Origin: Escherichia phage vB_EcoM_DE15
Strand: one strand, 5' to 3'
Length of the DNA: 53,998 nt
Sequence record: NC_079184.1
Both the position numbers and the translations under genes were made by a program. The notes below the pieces were generated by a model. That model was not told the DNA's origin. It ran no database searches and worked only from the letters and a program-made list of their open reading frames with translations. This document shows positions 30,563 through 39,338 of this stretch, one piece after another. Within the stretch, counting starts at the first letter, position 1. Each line of letters opens with the position of its first letter.

Positions 30563-31878
30563 TGACTTCCAAGAAGAAAAACAATCTTTCTGTTAAAGTT
30601 GCAGATGGGTTAGAAAACCTTGTAACGGGGTTGGGCGGTCAGGCAGATAAGTCCACTTTTAACCAGTGGACTTTCTCAAACAAGAACGCGAACTATCGCG
30701 AACTTATGAACCGCTTCCGTGAGGATTGGGTGGCACAGAAAGTGTGTACCGTTATTCCTCAAGATATGACGCGTAAGTGGCGACATATTGATAGTGAAGA
30801 AGGACGCAAAGCGGATAAGAAACTTCGTATTCGTAAGCTGTTCCGTGAAGCATATCAATGGGCCAGATTGTATGGTACTTCATTTGTTCTGCTCGACCTG
30901 AAAGGTACGGGTAAACTCGATACGCCGTTGCGACTGGATAACTTGAAGACTGGATGTATTAAATCCATGAGAGTTATTGACCGCTCACGCCTATTTGCCG
31001 CAGGGACTATGGTTCTGGACCCTTTGAGTCCTCACTATGGTTTGCCAGAGTATTACACTTTGGCTGGGTATCCCGGCTATATCCATTACACTCGTTTCCT
31101 TCGGTTCGAGGGTACTGAACTACCGCTGTTCGAATTCCAACGTAACATGTGGTATTCCGATTCGGTACTTATTCCACTGCTGAAAACGATTGACCAATTC
31201 TATACAACTGCTGCTGCTGCTGCCAGCCTTGCCCAAGAAGCCACCATTGATGTGGTAACTGTTGAAGGCTTGCAATCTTTGCTTACATCACCGGAAGGTG
31301 AAGCTGCTGTGATGAAGCGCTTCAAACTTATGAAGCTGGCAAAGAGTATTTATAACGTCTTAATTCTCGATAACACTGAGAAGTATGACACCAAGTCAAT
31401 TGCACTATCTGGTGTGAAAGATTTGATTTGGGAATACTTGAAGATAGTTGCTGCCGCAGTTGGTATTCCGGCTACACGTTTCCTTTCTGCATCTCCAGAC
31501 GGTATGAATGCTACGGGCGAATCTGACCTCGTAAACTATATCGACTTGTTGACTGGCTTGCAGACTTCTGTGTTCGACCCTCGTTTAGATGTGGTAGACA
31601 AGATTGTCCAGGCGCACTTTGGCATTGAAGAATATAACTACGAATGGTTAGATATCTTCCCTGAATCCAATGTTGAGAAAGCGAAGCGAGCTAAAGATTT
31701 GGCATTTGCTGTTGACCTGCTGGTTAACAACGGTACTATCACTACCGAAGTTGCAAACGAAGTCATGTTCCATTCGGGCGTGTTCGGAACTTGTGACCTT
31801 GGCAAACCAAATCCTAATCCTCCTAACATCCAAAAGGGTAACGCAAGTGAAGCAAAACCAAAACCTGGTTCAGCTTAA
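30562..31878 (+). CDS. Portal protein (438 aa)
   Basis: Size and position between the terminase and scaffold genes. RBS AAGGAAG. Confidence 0.75.
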   Translation: MTSKKKNNLSVKVADGLENLVTGLGGQADKSTFNQWTFSNKNANYRELMNRFREDWVAQKVCTVIPQDMTRKWRHIDSEEGRKADKKLRIRKLFREAYQWARLYGTSFVLLDLKGTGKLDTPLRLDNLKTGCIKSMRVIDRSRLFAAGTMVLDPLSPHYGLPEYYTLAGYPGYIHYTRFLRFEGTELPLFEFQRNMWYSDSVLIPLLKTIDQFYTTAAAAASLAQEATIDVVTVEGLQSLLTSPEGEAAVMKRFKLMKLAKSIYNVLILDNTEKYDTKSIALSGVKDLIWEYLKIVAAAVGIPATRFLSASPDGMNATGESDLVNYIDLLTGLQTSVFDPRLDVVDKIVQAHFGIEEYNYEWLDIFPESNVEKAKRAKDLAFAVDLLVNNGTITTEVANEVMFHSGVFGTCDLGKPNPNPPNIQKGNASEAKPKPGSA

Positions 31879-31891
31879 CGACGAAGATACC

Positions 31892-32911
31892 GTGAATGAA
31901 GTAGTTTTGTTGAACGACAAGGCTACTTTAACGACCCGTCGTTTACGTGACTCTGGCGAAATGATTGCAGAATGCACCATCGCTCGTACTGGCATTATGC
32001 TGTACAAGGCGAAAGAACTTGGTGAAATTGCAAAACATCTGGACCCAGAATCTATTTGCCGTGTTCGTACCAAGCCGGAAGTATTATTTGACGAAGCAAC
32101 CATCGAAGGCTGTCGTTCAATCCCGGTTACTATCGGCCATCCGAAAAATGATGTTAACATCAAGAACAACAAAGAACTCCAGAAAGGGTTCATCGAAGGG
32201 CGTCCAGTTGCAGACGGTTCTTTCTTAGCTGCATCAATCGTTTTGAATGACGAGCAAGCTATTCGATTAGTTGATTCTGGTGTTGACCAAATCTCCTTGG
32301 GCCATAATGCTGAACTGGCTGTATCAGAAGATGATGAAGCCGACTTCGATAAAGTTCGCATTATCCCTAACCATGCTGCAATTGTTGTTCGTGGTCGTGC
32401 TCAGACTACTCGCATTGGTGACTCTGGTGAAGAGATTGCCATTGTTGATAAGGCAACCTTTGACGTTGTTGAAGCAGAGCGTGATGCAGCGCTTGACAAG
32501 ATTAGTGTCCTTGAGCAGAAACTTGCTGATGCAGAAACTGCACGACTATCCGATGAAGCCATTCAGGCTGAGGTAGACAAACGTGTAATTGCTCGTACAG
32601 CACTGCTTGTTGATGTGGCACGTCTTGGCGACGAGTTCTCCAACCTCGATTTCTCCGGCAAAACCGATGCAGAAATTAAGTTGGCTGTAGTTAATAAATT
32701 GCATGACAAGGATTTCAGCGATAAGAGCGAAGACTATATCTCCGCCCGTTTCGATGCGGCTCTTGAAGATTGCGATTCCATTACTTTGGGAGATGCCCTG
32801 AATCAGTCTATGCAATTCTCTGCTAAGAAAGATTCAGAAGCTCGTAAACCTAAAGTTTCTATTTCCGAAGAAGCTAACAAACGTCGTTTAGAACGCTTCA
32901 ACTCTTTATAA
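31892..32911 (+). CDS. Prohead scaffold/core protein (DUF2213-like from memory); start uncertain
   Basis: N-terminal RRLRDSGEMIAECTIARTGIMLY with an acidic coiled-coil C-terminal half. In frame with track ORF 31670-32911. GTG at 31892 is the first start after the portal stop. Confidence 0.6.
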   Translation: MNEVVLLNDKATLTTRRLRDSGEMIAECTIARTGIMLYKAKELGEIAKHLDPESICRVRTKPEVLFDEATIEGCRSIPVTIGHPKNDVNIKNNKELQKGFIEGRPVADGSFLAASIVLNDEQAIRLVDSGVDQISLGHNAELAVSEDDEADFDKVRIIPNHAAIVVRGRAQTTRIGDSGEEIAIVDKATFDVVEAERDAALDKISVLEQKLADAETARLSDEAIQAEVDKRVIARTALLVDVARLGDEFSNLDFSGKTDAEIKLAVVNKLHDKDFSDKSEDYISARFDAALEDCDSITLGDALNQSMQFSAKKDSEARKPKVSISEEANKRRLERFNSL

Positions 32912-32920
32912 GGTAAGACA

Positions 32921-33394
32921 ATGCCAAAGCAAGATTGGTCTATTAATACTGGTGAAGCATATGCAGGTGAACAATATGGCCTGGCTACCACCAACTCCCA
33001 GCGCCTGACCTACGTTGCCGAAGAAGAAATGGCAAACTTTGGTCTGGCTGTTGTTCAGGGCACGGCCTCTAATCAGGTTAAACCTGGTATTGAAGCAGAC
33101 GGCACTGTTCTGGGCATTACCATGCGCCAGATTAACATCGAATCAGCCACTCGTCCTGGTGACGGTACTGTTGCTATTAAAGTTGGCTGGCCTCTGGGCG
33201 TTATGCTGTCTGGCCCAATCATGGTCAAACTGAAAACCGCAATCACCGATAAAGACATTGGCGTATCTGACACTGGTCAATTTGGTGGCGTTGGTGCTGG
33301 CTATACTAAAGCAACCAACCTGACTGCACTTCGTTATCCGGCTGCTGCTGGTGATGTTGTTCCGGTAATGATTAACGTAGTCCCAAAGCCGTAA
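32921..33394 (+). CDS. Head decoration / capsid accessory protein, zero-frame product (157 aa)
   Basis: Strong codon bias. Lies between the scaffold and major capsid genes. Confidence 0.65.
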   Translation: MPKQDWSINTGEAYAGEQYGLATTNSQRLTYVAEEEMANFGLAVVQGTASNQVKPGIEADGTVLGITMRQINIESATRPGDGTVAIKVGWPLGVMLSGPIMVKLKTAITDKDIGVSDTGQFGGVGAGYTKATNLTALRYPAAAGDVVPVMINVVPKP

Positions 33395-33969
33395 CGCCAC
33401 CTCCAGCTCCTGCGGTGTCTGCTGTAGCAGGGACTGTAACTGCGGACGCATCTGCATCTGATGCCACTGTAACTGTAGACAAACTGTTTACGTTTGAGAA
33501 CTCTACAGCAACAGATTACAACTTCGCCGTTACTCCTGCTGTAGCTGGTGTTTCTGTGGCGGCAAACGGCACTGTGACTGTACTAAGTGCAACGACTACA
33601 GCCACTTCTGCGACAATCAAGGCAACGAATAAAACAGAGCCTGGTGTAACTGCATCTAAAGTGATTACGATTAAGCCTAAACCTCCTGCACCTACGGTGT
33701 CTGCTGTAGCTGGAGTTGTAACGGCTGATGCGTCTTCTACTGATGCCACTGTAACTGTAGACAAACTGTTCAAGTTTGGTAACTCTGCAGCAACAGACTA
33801 CACCTACGCTATTACGCCTCCTGTGATTGGCGTTTCTGTGGCTGCAAACGGTACTGTAACCGTCTTGAATGAGACAACTACCGATACCTCTGCCACGGTT
33901 AAGGCAACAAACAAAACAACCTCCAGCGTGACTGCAACTAAAGAAATTGCTATTACGCCGAAGTCTTAA
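32921..33969 (+). CDS. Frameshift-extended decoration protein with two Ig-like repeats (~349 aa)
   Basis: A -1 shift at 33382-33388 joins the 156 codons to AVTPPPAPAVSAVAG... The track's GTG start at 33415 has no RBS. Confidence 0.55.
33382..33388 (+). promoter_or_regulatory. -1 programmed frameshift slippery heptamer C_CCA_AAG
   Basis: X_XXY_YYZ in the zero frame, 4 nt before the stop. The -1 frame is open from 33376 to 33969. Confidence 0.6.
33400..33966 (+). repeat. Tandem 282-nt (94-aa) coding duplication, Ig-like domains
   Basis: Units at 33400-33681 and 33682-33966. Both start PPAP.VSAVAG.VTADAS..DATVTVDKLF. Confidence 0.85.
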
Positions 33970-33977
33970 GTTGTGAT

Positions 33978-33998
33978 GGCGCAATTAATAGTTGCGCC
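33978..33998 (+). terminator. Hairpin GGCGCAA-TTAATAG-TTGCGCC
   Basis: Perfect 7-bp stem with no T-run. Possible processing or attenuation site before the capsid gene. Confidence 0.35.
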
Positions 33999-34024
33999 TC
34001 ACCAAACAAAACGGATTAATTTAC

Positions 34025-35032
34025 ATGCCTAAGATGATTAAACTGGCGGACGGTTCTGAATTCGAACTGAACGACGCTATCACCCGTATTCAGGATTCTG
34101 GCACTGTTGTCCTGAATGACGACGATGCAGTATTCTTTCAACGCCAGCTTGAGTACATTGAAGCTCAAACTTACGACACTCTGTATCCAGAACTGGAAGC
34201 TCGTGCTGCTTTCGGTGTGGACACTACTGGTGGTGCTGGCGTAAACACTCTGACCTACCGTTCTTACAACCATGTTGGTAAAGCTCAGGTAATTAACGCC
34301 CGTGCAACCGACCTGCCTAAATCCAGCATTTCTGGTAAAGAATACAGTATCCCTGTTAAATCTGTTGGTACTGCATTCGACTACGATATTGATGAAGTGG
34401 CATCCGCTGCTGTTACTGGCCTCCCGCTGGAAACTCGTAAAGCAAATGCTGCTATTCGTGGTTACGAACAGTATGTTAACTCTGCTGCATGGTACGGCGA
34501 TAAAGCTAACGGCTTTGTTGGCTTCTTCGAAAACCCAGACATTACCAAAGCAACTGTTGCTCAGGGTGCTGGCGGTTCTACCAAGTGGGCCGAAAAGACC
34601 CCGACCGAAGTTATTGCTGACCTGACTGCTGCTGTGTCTGCAATGTATGCTTCTACTCTGAAAATCATGCGCCCGGACGAAATCTGGATGCCTGTCGAGC
34701 ATGAGCAGTACATCTTCAACACTGCACGTTCTGAGCAGTCTGACAAGACGATTGGTCAATTCTTCATTGACAACAACCAGTTCATCAACTCCCGCGATAA
34801 AATCAAGGGTCTGAACGCAATCAAAGGCCATGGCGATTCTGGTTCTGATTGCTTCGTCGTTGTTTGCCGCAATGCAATGGGCAACCGTACTTTCCGTCTG
34901 CGTGAGCCTCTGCCGCTGACCTGGCAACCAGTACAGCTTCATGGCCTGGTTTATGAAGTTCCTGGCCGTGGTCGTTTCGCTGGCTTCCAAGCGATGTATC
35001 CGGCAGCAATCTCCATCAACTCCGGCATCTGA
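34025..35032 (+). CDS. Major capsid protein (335 aa)
   Basis: Strongest codon bias in the window. Position after the scaffold and decoration genes. ATG at 34025, in frame with track ORF 33992-35032. Confidence 0.75.
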   Translation: MPKMIKLADGSEFELNDAITRIQDSGTVVLNDDDAVFFQRQLEYIEAQTYDTLYPELEARAAFGVDTTGGAGVNTLTYRSYNHVGKAQVINARATDLPKSSISGKEYSIPVKSVGTAFDYDIDEVASAAVTGLPLETRKANAAIRGYEQYVNSAAWYGDKANGFVGFFENPDITKATVAQGAGGSTKWAEKTPTEVIADLTAAVSAMYASTLKIMRPDEIWMPVEHEQYIFNTARSEQSDKTIGQFFIDNNQFINSRDKIKGLNAIKGHGDSGSDCFVVVCRNAMGNRTFRLREPLPLTWQPVQLHGLVYEVPGRGRFAGFQAMYPAAISINSGI

Positions 35033-35078
35033 TAAATAGGGCGGGACTATTCTCGCCCATAACTTAAGAGAAATAGTA

Positions 35079-35519
35079 ATGCAGATTAAGAACAACGAAT
35101 CACGCAACCTTCAATTCTTCTTCTACAAGAAGGGAAAGTCTGGCAAAGCTGAACTGGACTTTGTTCACATTCCTGGTGGCGCAACTGTAGAAATCGACGA
35201 TGAAATCTACAAATCTCTTACGGCATCTCTGACGGAAGTTGAAGAACTGCGCGAAGAAGTGGTTCCGCTTGATGACGAGAATATCGGTGCTTCTGTTAAG
35301 ACCGGTAAAGAAGCTCTTGTCATTAAAGAGTATTACAGCACTGGCAAAACTCGCAAAGTCAACCTGGTTAAAGAGGCAATCAAAGCTGGCTCTCTTACCA
35401 TTGTTGAACGTGTGAAAGTTGGTATGCCTGACATTGATGCTATTCTGACTAAGAATGGTATTGATATTAAGGGTATGCCGGAAGACGTTAAACTGGCACT
35501 CTACGATAAGTTGGCGTAA
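35079..35519 (+). CDS. Hypothetical head-associated protein (146 aa)
   Basis: ORF directly after the capsid gene. Confidence 0.6.
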   Translation: MQIKNNESRNLQFFFYKKGKSGKAELDFVHIPGGATVEIDDEIYKSLTASLTEVEELREEVVPLDDENIGASVKTGKEALVIKEYYSTGKTRKVNLVKEAIKAGSLTIVERVKVGMPDIDAILTKNGIDIKGMPEDVKLALYDKLA

Positions 35520-35909
35520 ATGATAACACTGACCGATTTGGTTAAACGTTATCCGGCAATGGCTGACATGACCTCAGAGCGTTTTGATATTCTAGTTGAA
35601 GATGCAAAACTTATCATGGGGACAATCGAATCGCGTTGGTGTGGGTTTTATGACCCAGCTATGGCATCACTTATAGCGCATTGGTCTGCAACAATTGATG
35701 ACCTAATGCCTGGTGATGCCGCAATGCCAGCTATGCCTGTTAGTCGTACCGATGTGGACGATGTTCAGGTAGAGTTTAGCGACCGAATCATTTCAACAAT
35801 TCCTTATGTTGAAGCTGATTTCATGTCTACTGTGTACGGTCAACGTTACTTGCAATGGCGGCGAATGGCATTTGCTGGGCCGAGGGTTAGCCCTGGGTCG
35901 CAGTTTTGA
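35520..35909 (+). CDS. Head-tail connector/adaptor candidate (129 aa)
   Basis: Assigned by position. Abuts the upstream gene. Confidence 0.5.
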   Translation: MITLTDLVKRYPAMADMTSERFDILVEDAKLIMGTIESRWCGFYDPAMASLIAHWSATIDDLMPGDAAMPAMPVSRTDVDDVQVEFSDRIISTIPYVEADFMSTVYGQRYLQWRRMAFAGPRVSPGSQF

Positions 35910-36268
35910 TTAACCAGCGTCGGGCATTTAACCGCTACACAACCACTCGTATGTATCTTGAGGTATATCAAGAAGGTTACTACGATGACAAAAATAATTG
36001 GGTTGGTGATTCATATGCTCCAAAGAAACCCATCCGATGTACTCCCATACCTTATGGTGACAGGGATTCTGGCGTAAGCGGTCAATCGCTTAAAGCTACA
36101 GAAGTCGGAGAGCGCCAACCTGCATTCATGCAAGTACATTCCCGAACTGAAATGCCGATGAAGTCTATCCTAACTATCTACGGCCTTCGTTATAAAGTTA
36201 TTTCTGTTTCTGACTACAAGGCAGCTGGATTCTTTGAAGTCATTGCTGCAAAGGAGCTAGAGAAATGA
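35906..36268 (+). CDS. Head-tail joining candidate (120 aa)
   Basis: Assigned by position. 4-nt overlap with the upstream gene. Confidence 0.5.
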   Translation: MINQRRAFNRYTTTRMYLEVYQEGYYDDKNNWVGDSYAPKKPIRCTPIPYGDRDSGVSGQSLKATEVGERQPAFMQVHSRTEMPMKSILTIYGLRYKVISVSDYKAAGFFEVIAAKELEK

Positions 36269-36777
36269 TTTATGATGAAGATATTCAGGCGATGAAGGAT
36301 ATTGTGGACGTCTGTGTTGGCGTCCCACGCTTCTCTTATGAGATGCAGATAAACGCACCTCGACCATCTGATAACTATGCCGCAATAAAATGTGTGTCGT
36401 CAGTTAATCCAGGCTTTGATGAAACTCGAATCGAAGTACGCGATGGTGAGGAGGTATTTGTTACGAGAGGGATTCGAATCTTAACCTTCTATATTCTCTT
36501 CTCACGTCGTGGGAGTGAATATGTTAAGTTTGATAATTCCTTCTTCCGTCCAGATGTTCAGGCCATGCTTAAGAGCAAGGGCTTTGCAACACTTGACAAA
36601 AATCCACTGAATCTTGCCTCGTTAACTCTTGAGACGAATTGGGAATTCCGAGAAGGAATCCAAATCAAATTCAATGTTCTACGTGAAGACGTAATGAGCA
36701 TTGGAACAATGTCTGACGCCAGTGTTGGCGGCAAATTCTACGACGGTGGTGAACCCATCCTAATTAAGGGAATCTAA
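36265..36777 (+). CDS. Tail completion / neck candidate (170 aa)
   Basis: Assigned by position, immediately before the sheath gene. Confidence 0.5.
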   Translation: MIYDEDIQAMKDIVDVCVGVPRFSYEMQINAPRPSDNYAAIKCVSSVNPGFDETRIEVRDGEEVFVTRGIRILTFYILFSRRGSEYVKFDNSFFRPDVQAMLKSKGFATLDKNPLNLASLTLETNWEFREGIQIKFNVLREDVMSIGTMSDASVGGKFYDGGEPILIKGI

Positions 36778-38226
36778 ATGGCAATTCCAATTTCCGACAT
36801 CATCCAGGTCAACATTGCGGTAAGTCCTAACGCTGTTGCCGTGGAAGGTTTTGGTCCTCTTCTGTTTCTGAGCAAGGAGTTTACTCCAGCCCCAGGCGAA
36901 GCTGTTCCTGTTCGTCAGTATACCAGCATGGCTGCTGTATCTGCTGATTTCCCATCTGGTGAAATTTATCAAGCTGCTCTGGCATGGTATTCTCAGAAAC
37001 CAACTCCAAAGTATTTCCTCGTAGGTGCTATCACCCATGAAGATGTTACTCTGGCAACTCCTGGTACTGTAACCGCATCTTCTGCTGCGACTCTGGAAAC
37101 CATTACTGCGTTAACTAATGGTGTTCTGTCCATTAATATTAACGGCGTTGATAAGTCTACTGCACCAATCAATTTCTCGTCCGCAGACGATTTTGCTGCT
37201 GCTGCATCAATGCTTAATGCTGCATTTGTTGCTGCCGATATTCCTGCAACTGTTACGCAGACCACAGGCACTTTCAAAATCACTACCAACGAAACTGGCG
37301 TAAATTCCATCATTGGTAACGTGTACGGTTCTGCTGCTGCGGCATTTAAACTTGATTCTGCTTCAAGCCCTGTGCATGTTCAAGGTACTGATGAAGTATC
37401 TATCGGCACCGACTTGAATGCAATCTTGAACTCTACGTTCGACTTCTTCTTTGTTGCTATTGACCGCAAATATCGTGGCAGTGCTGATGGTAATAACCAG
37501 ATGACTGTTGCCAAATGGGCAGAAGCAAACGGCAAAGTATTTGGTTGGGCTGATAGCGACCCGCAGATTCTGGTTCCTGGTGCTGAGTCTAGCTTTAAGC
37601 GTGCCAAAGAGCAGAACCTCCAACGCACTCTGTTGGTGTATGATGCGTCTGATAATGGCGACGAGTATCCAGAAGTTTCTATCCTGGGCCGTGCATCGAC
37701 TGTTAACTTCAACGTTGCAAACTCTTCGCTCGTTCTGGCATTTAAACAAGGTCCAGCTATCAAGACTGCTGACTTGTCCCCGAACCAGCTTGCTGCACTT
37801 GAGCGTGTGAATGGTAACGCATTCATCAACGTCGGCGGGAACACTATGTTCTACAACGGCAAGATGGCTGACGGTACTTGGTTCGATACCGTGCAGGGTG
37901 TTTCTTGGTTAACCTCCAAGATTCGTGCTAACGTGTTCAACCTGTTCTACACCTCCACTACCAAGATTCCTTGGACGGACACTGGTGTTGCTCTGGTGAA
38001 CCAGCAAGTAACCCTGGCTCTGGAACTGGCAGTGACCAATGGTCTGATTGCTCCAGGTTACGACAATGAAGGCAACTTCTATCCAGATGGCTACAAAGTC
38101 TTGGCTACCGACTTGGCTCTGATGCAATCTCAGAAAGGTGCTCGTATCTGGGAAGGCACTTCCTTCATTGCAATTGGCTCTGGCGCATTGCAGGGTGCAG
38201 TTATCTCTGGCAACTTCGTTCAGTAA
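36778..38226 (+). CDS. Contractile tail sheath protein (482 aa)
   Basis: Size, codon bias, and the order sheath-tube-chaperone-tape measure. Confidence 0.7.
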   Translation: MAIPISDIIQVNIAVSPNAVAVEGFGPLLFLSKEFTPAPGEAVPVRQYTSMAAVSADFPSGEIYQAALAWYSQKPTPKYFLVGAITHEDVTLATPGTVTASSAATLETITALTNGVLSININGVDKSTAPINFSSADDFAAAASMLNAAFVAADIPATVTQTTGTFKITTNETGVNSIIGNVYGSAAAAFKLDSASSPVHVQGTDEVSIGTDLNAILNSTFDFFFVAIDRKYRGSADGNNQMTVAKWAEANGKVFGWADSDPQILVPGAESSFKRAKEQNLQRTLLVYDASDNGDEYPEVSILGRASTVNFNVANSSLVLAFKQGPAIKTADLSPNQLAALERVNGNAFINVGGNTMFYNGKMADGTWFDTVQGVSWLTSKIRANVFNLFYTSTTKIPWTDTGVALVNQQVTLALELAVTNGLIAPGYDNEGNFYPDGYKVLATDLALMQSQKGARIWEGTSFIAIGSGALQGAVISGNFVQ

Positions 38227-38236
38227 GGTGCGATAA

Positions 38237-38692
38237 GTGAAACAATATTCTTTCTATAATACCGACCTCATTATCGACGGTGCTCGTGTAGATGGTTTTA
38301 CCTCTGGTAATTCCATCATCACTGCTCGTCGTAACGCACCTCAACACCTGCCTGTTATTGACGCGTATGGTAAGTTGGCTGTAGCTACTACGGCTGACTT
38401 ATCTGGTACTATTACTTTCCCGCTTCTGCAAACCGCAGACTGGAACGAAATCTTGTACAGCCGTGCTCAGTTAACTCAGGCAACTGGTCTGTCTGGCAAC
38501 AAATCTCTGTGGCAACCGCTCCAGATTCAGATTGTTGACAAGATGGGTGATGTGCTGGTCAATGGTGTAAACGGCGCTATCTTGCAGCAACCTGCAATTC
38601 AGCGTGGTGTGTCCTTCACGTCTAACGTGTGGTCTATCTTTGTAGAGCGCCTCCAGATTAAGACTGGTTCTTATCCGGAAATTGGCGTTTAA
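38237..38692 (+). CDS. Tail tube protein (151 aa)
   Basis: Size and position. GTG start with RBS AAGGTG. Confidence 0.65.
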   Translation: MKQYSFYNTDLIIDGARVDGFTSGNSIITARRNAPQHLPVIDAYGKLAVATTADLSGTITFPLLQTADWNEILYSRAQLTQATGLSGNKSLWQPLQIQIVDKMGDVLVNGVNGAILQQPAIQRGVSFTSNVWSIFVERLQIKTGSYPEIGV

Positions 38693-38703
38693 TTGGAGTA
38701 AGT

Positions 38704-39162
38704 ATGGCTTGTGAATTGCTTCAACGTGAATTCACAAACTCCAAAGGCGAAACAGTGTTAGTCGTTGTTCGACAATTGTCGGCTTCGGCTGCACTGTCTC
38801 TTCACGCGGAGTTGGTAAGCAAGTTAGGCTCACGAGTATTCCCATTCATCGAAGGTAAATATAACTTCGCTGATATTATATACTTGATGCAGCAAGTAGA
38901 GCATACCGTATTCACAGAATTGTTTAAGCGTGTTATCAGCATGCACTCGTCCATAGATGGACAAGAAATCAAACCTGCATTATATGATATGCAGTTCAAT
39001 GGCGAATTGATGTTGTCTTGCCATGTCTTTGCTTTCGTGCTCGAAGCAAACTTCCTTGATTTTTTCAAGCAAGGGCTCGAAATCAACGAACAGAGACGAT
39101 TGGAGGCGGAGGAAGCATCCAAGCTGGCAGAGCAGAAGAATTCGAGTCCGGAGACAGTTTAG
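38704..39162 (+). CDS. Tail assembly chaperone, zero-frame product (152 aa)
   Basis: Position before the tape measure gene. Contains a slippery site. Confidence 0.65.
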   Translation: MACELLQREFTNSKGETVLVVVRQLSASAALSLHAELVSKLGSRVFPFIEGKYNFADIIYLMQQVEHTVFTELFKRVISMHSSIDGQEIKPALYDMQFNGELMLSCHVFAFVLEANFLDFFKQGLEINEQRRLEAEEASKLAEQKNSSPETV

Positions 39163-39338
39163 TATCCCTGTTCCCCGACATAAAATATTTTCTGCATCGT
39201 CCTATAATCGAAGATAGTTCTCTCTGCAAGTTACGTGAATTGCAAGATGGAACCTATTCGATTATGGACTTATTGCTATTCCACGACATTCTCGATTTGC
39301 GTAAGAAACTCGAACCAGTAGATGAAGACAATGGCTAA
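38704..39338 (+). CDS. Frameshift-extended tail assembly chaperone (~211 aa)
   Basis: The -1 frame encodes ...FPDIKYFLHRPIIEDSSLCKLRELQDGTYSIMDLLLFHDILDLRKKLEPVDEDNG, with no start codon of its own before 39263. Confidence 0.55.
39060..39066 (+). promoter_or_regulatory. -1 programmed frameshift slippery heptamer T_TTT_TTC
   Basis: In-frame X_XXY_YYZ. The -1 frame opens exactly at 39060 (TGA at 39057-39059) and runs to 39338. Confidence 0.6.

Noticed and set aside
33415-33969. Independent 184-aa gene starting at GTG 33415, as in the ORF track.
   Set aside because: No Shine-Dalgarno sequence is present. The frame is open upstream to 33376 and is entered precisely by a canonical -1 slippery heptamer at the end of the preceding gene. 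It is better explained as a frameshift extension.
34016-35107. 363-aa ORF on the minus strand antisense to the major capsid gene. Similar long antisense ORFs occur at 26273-26806, 31870-32361, 37380-37844 and 42400-42858.
   Set aside because: These are shadow ORFs opposite strongly codon-biased + strand genes. They have no RBS and low-complexity or odd composition. Every recognisable gene in the window is on the + strand.
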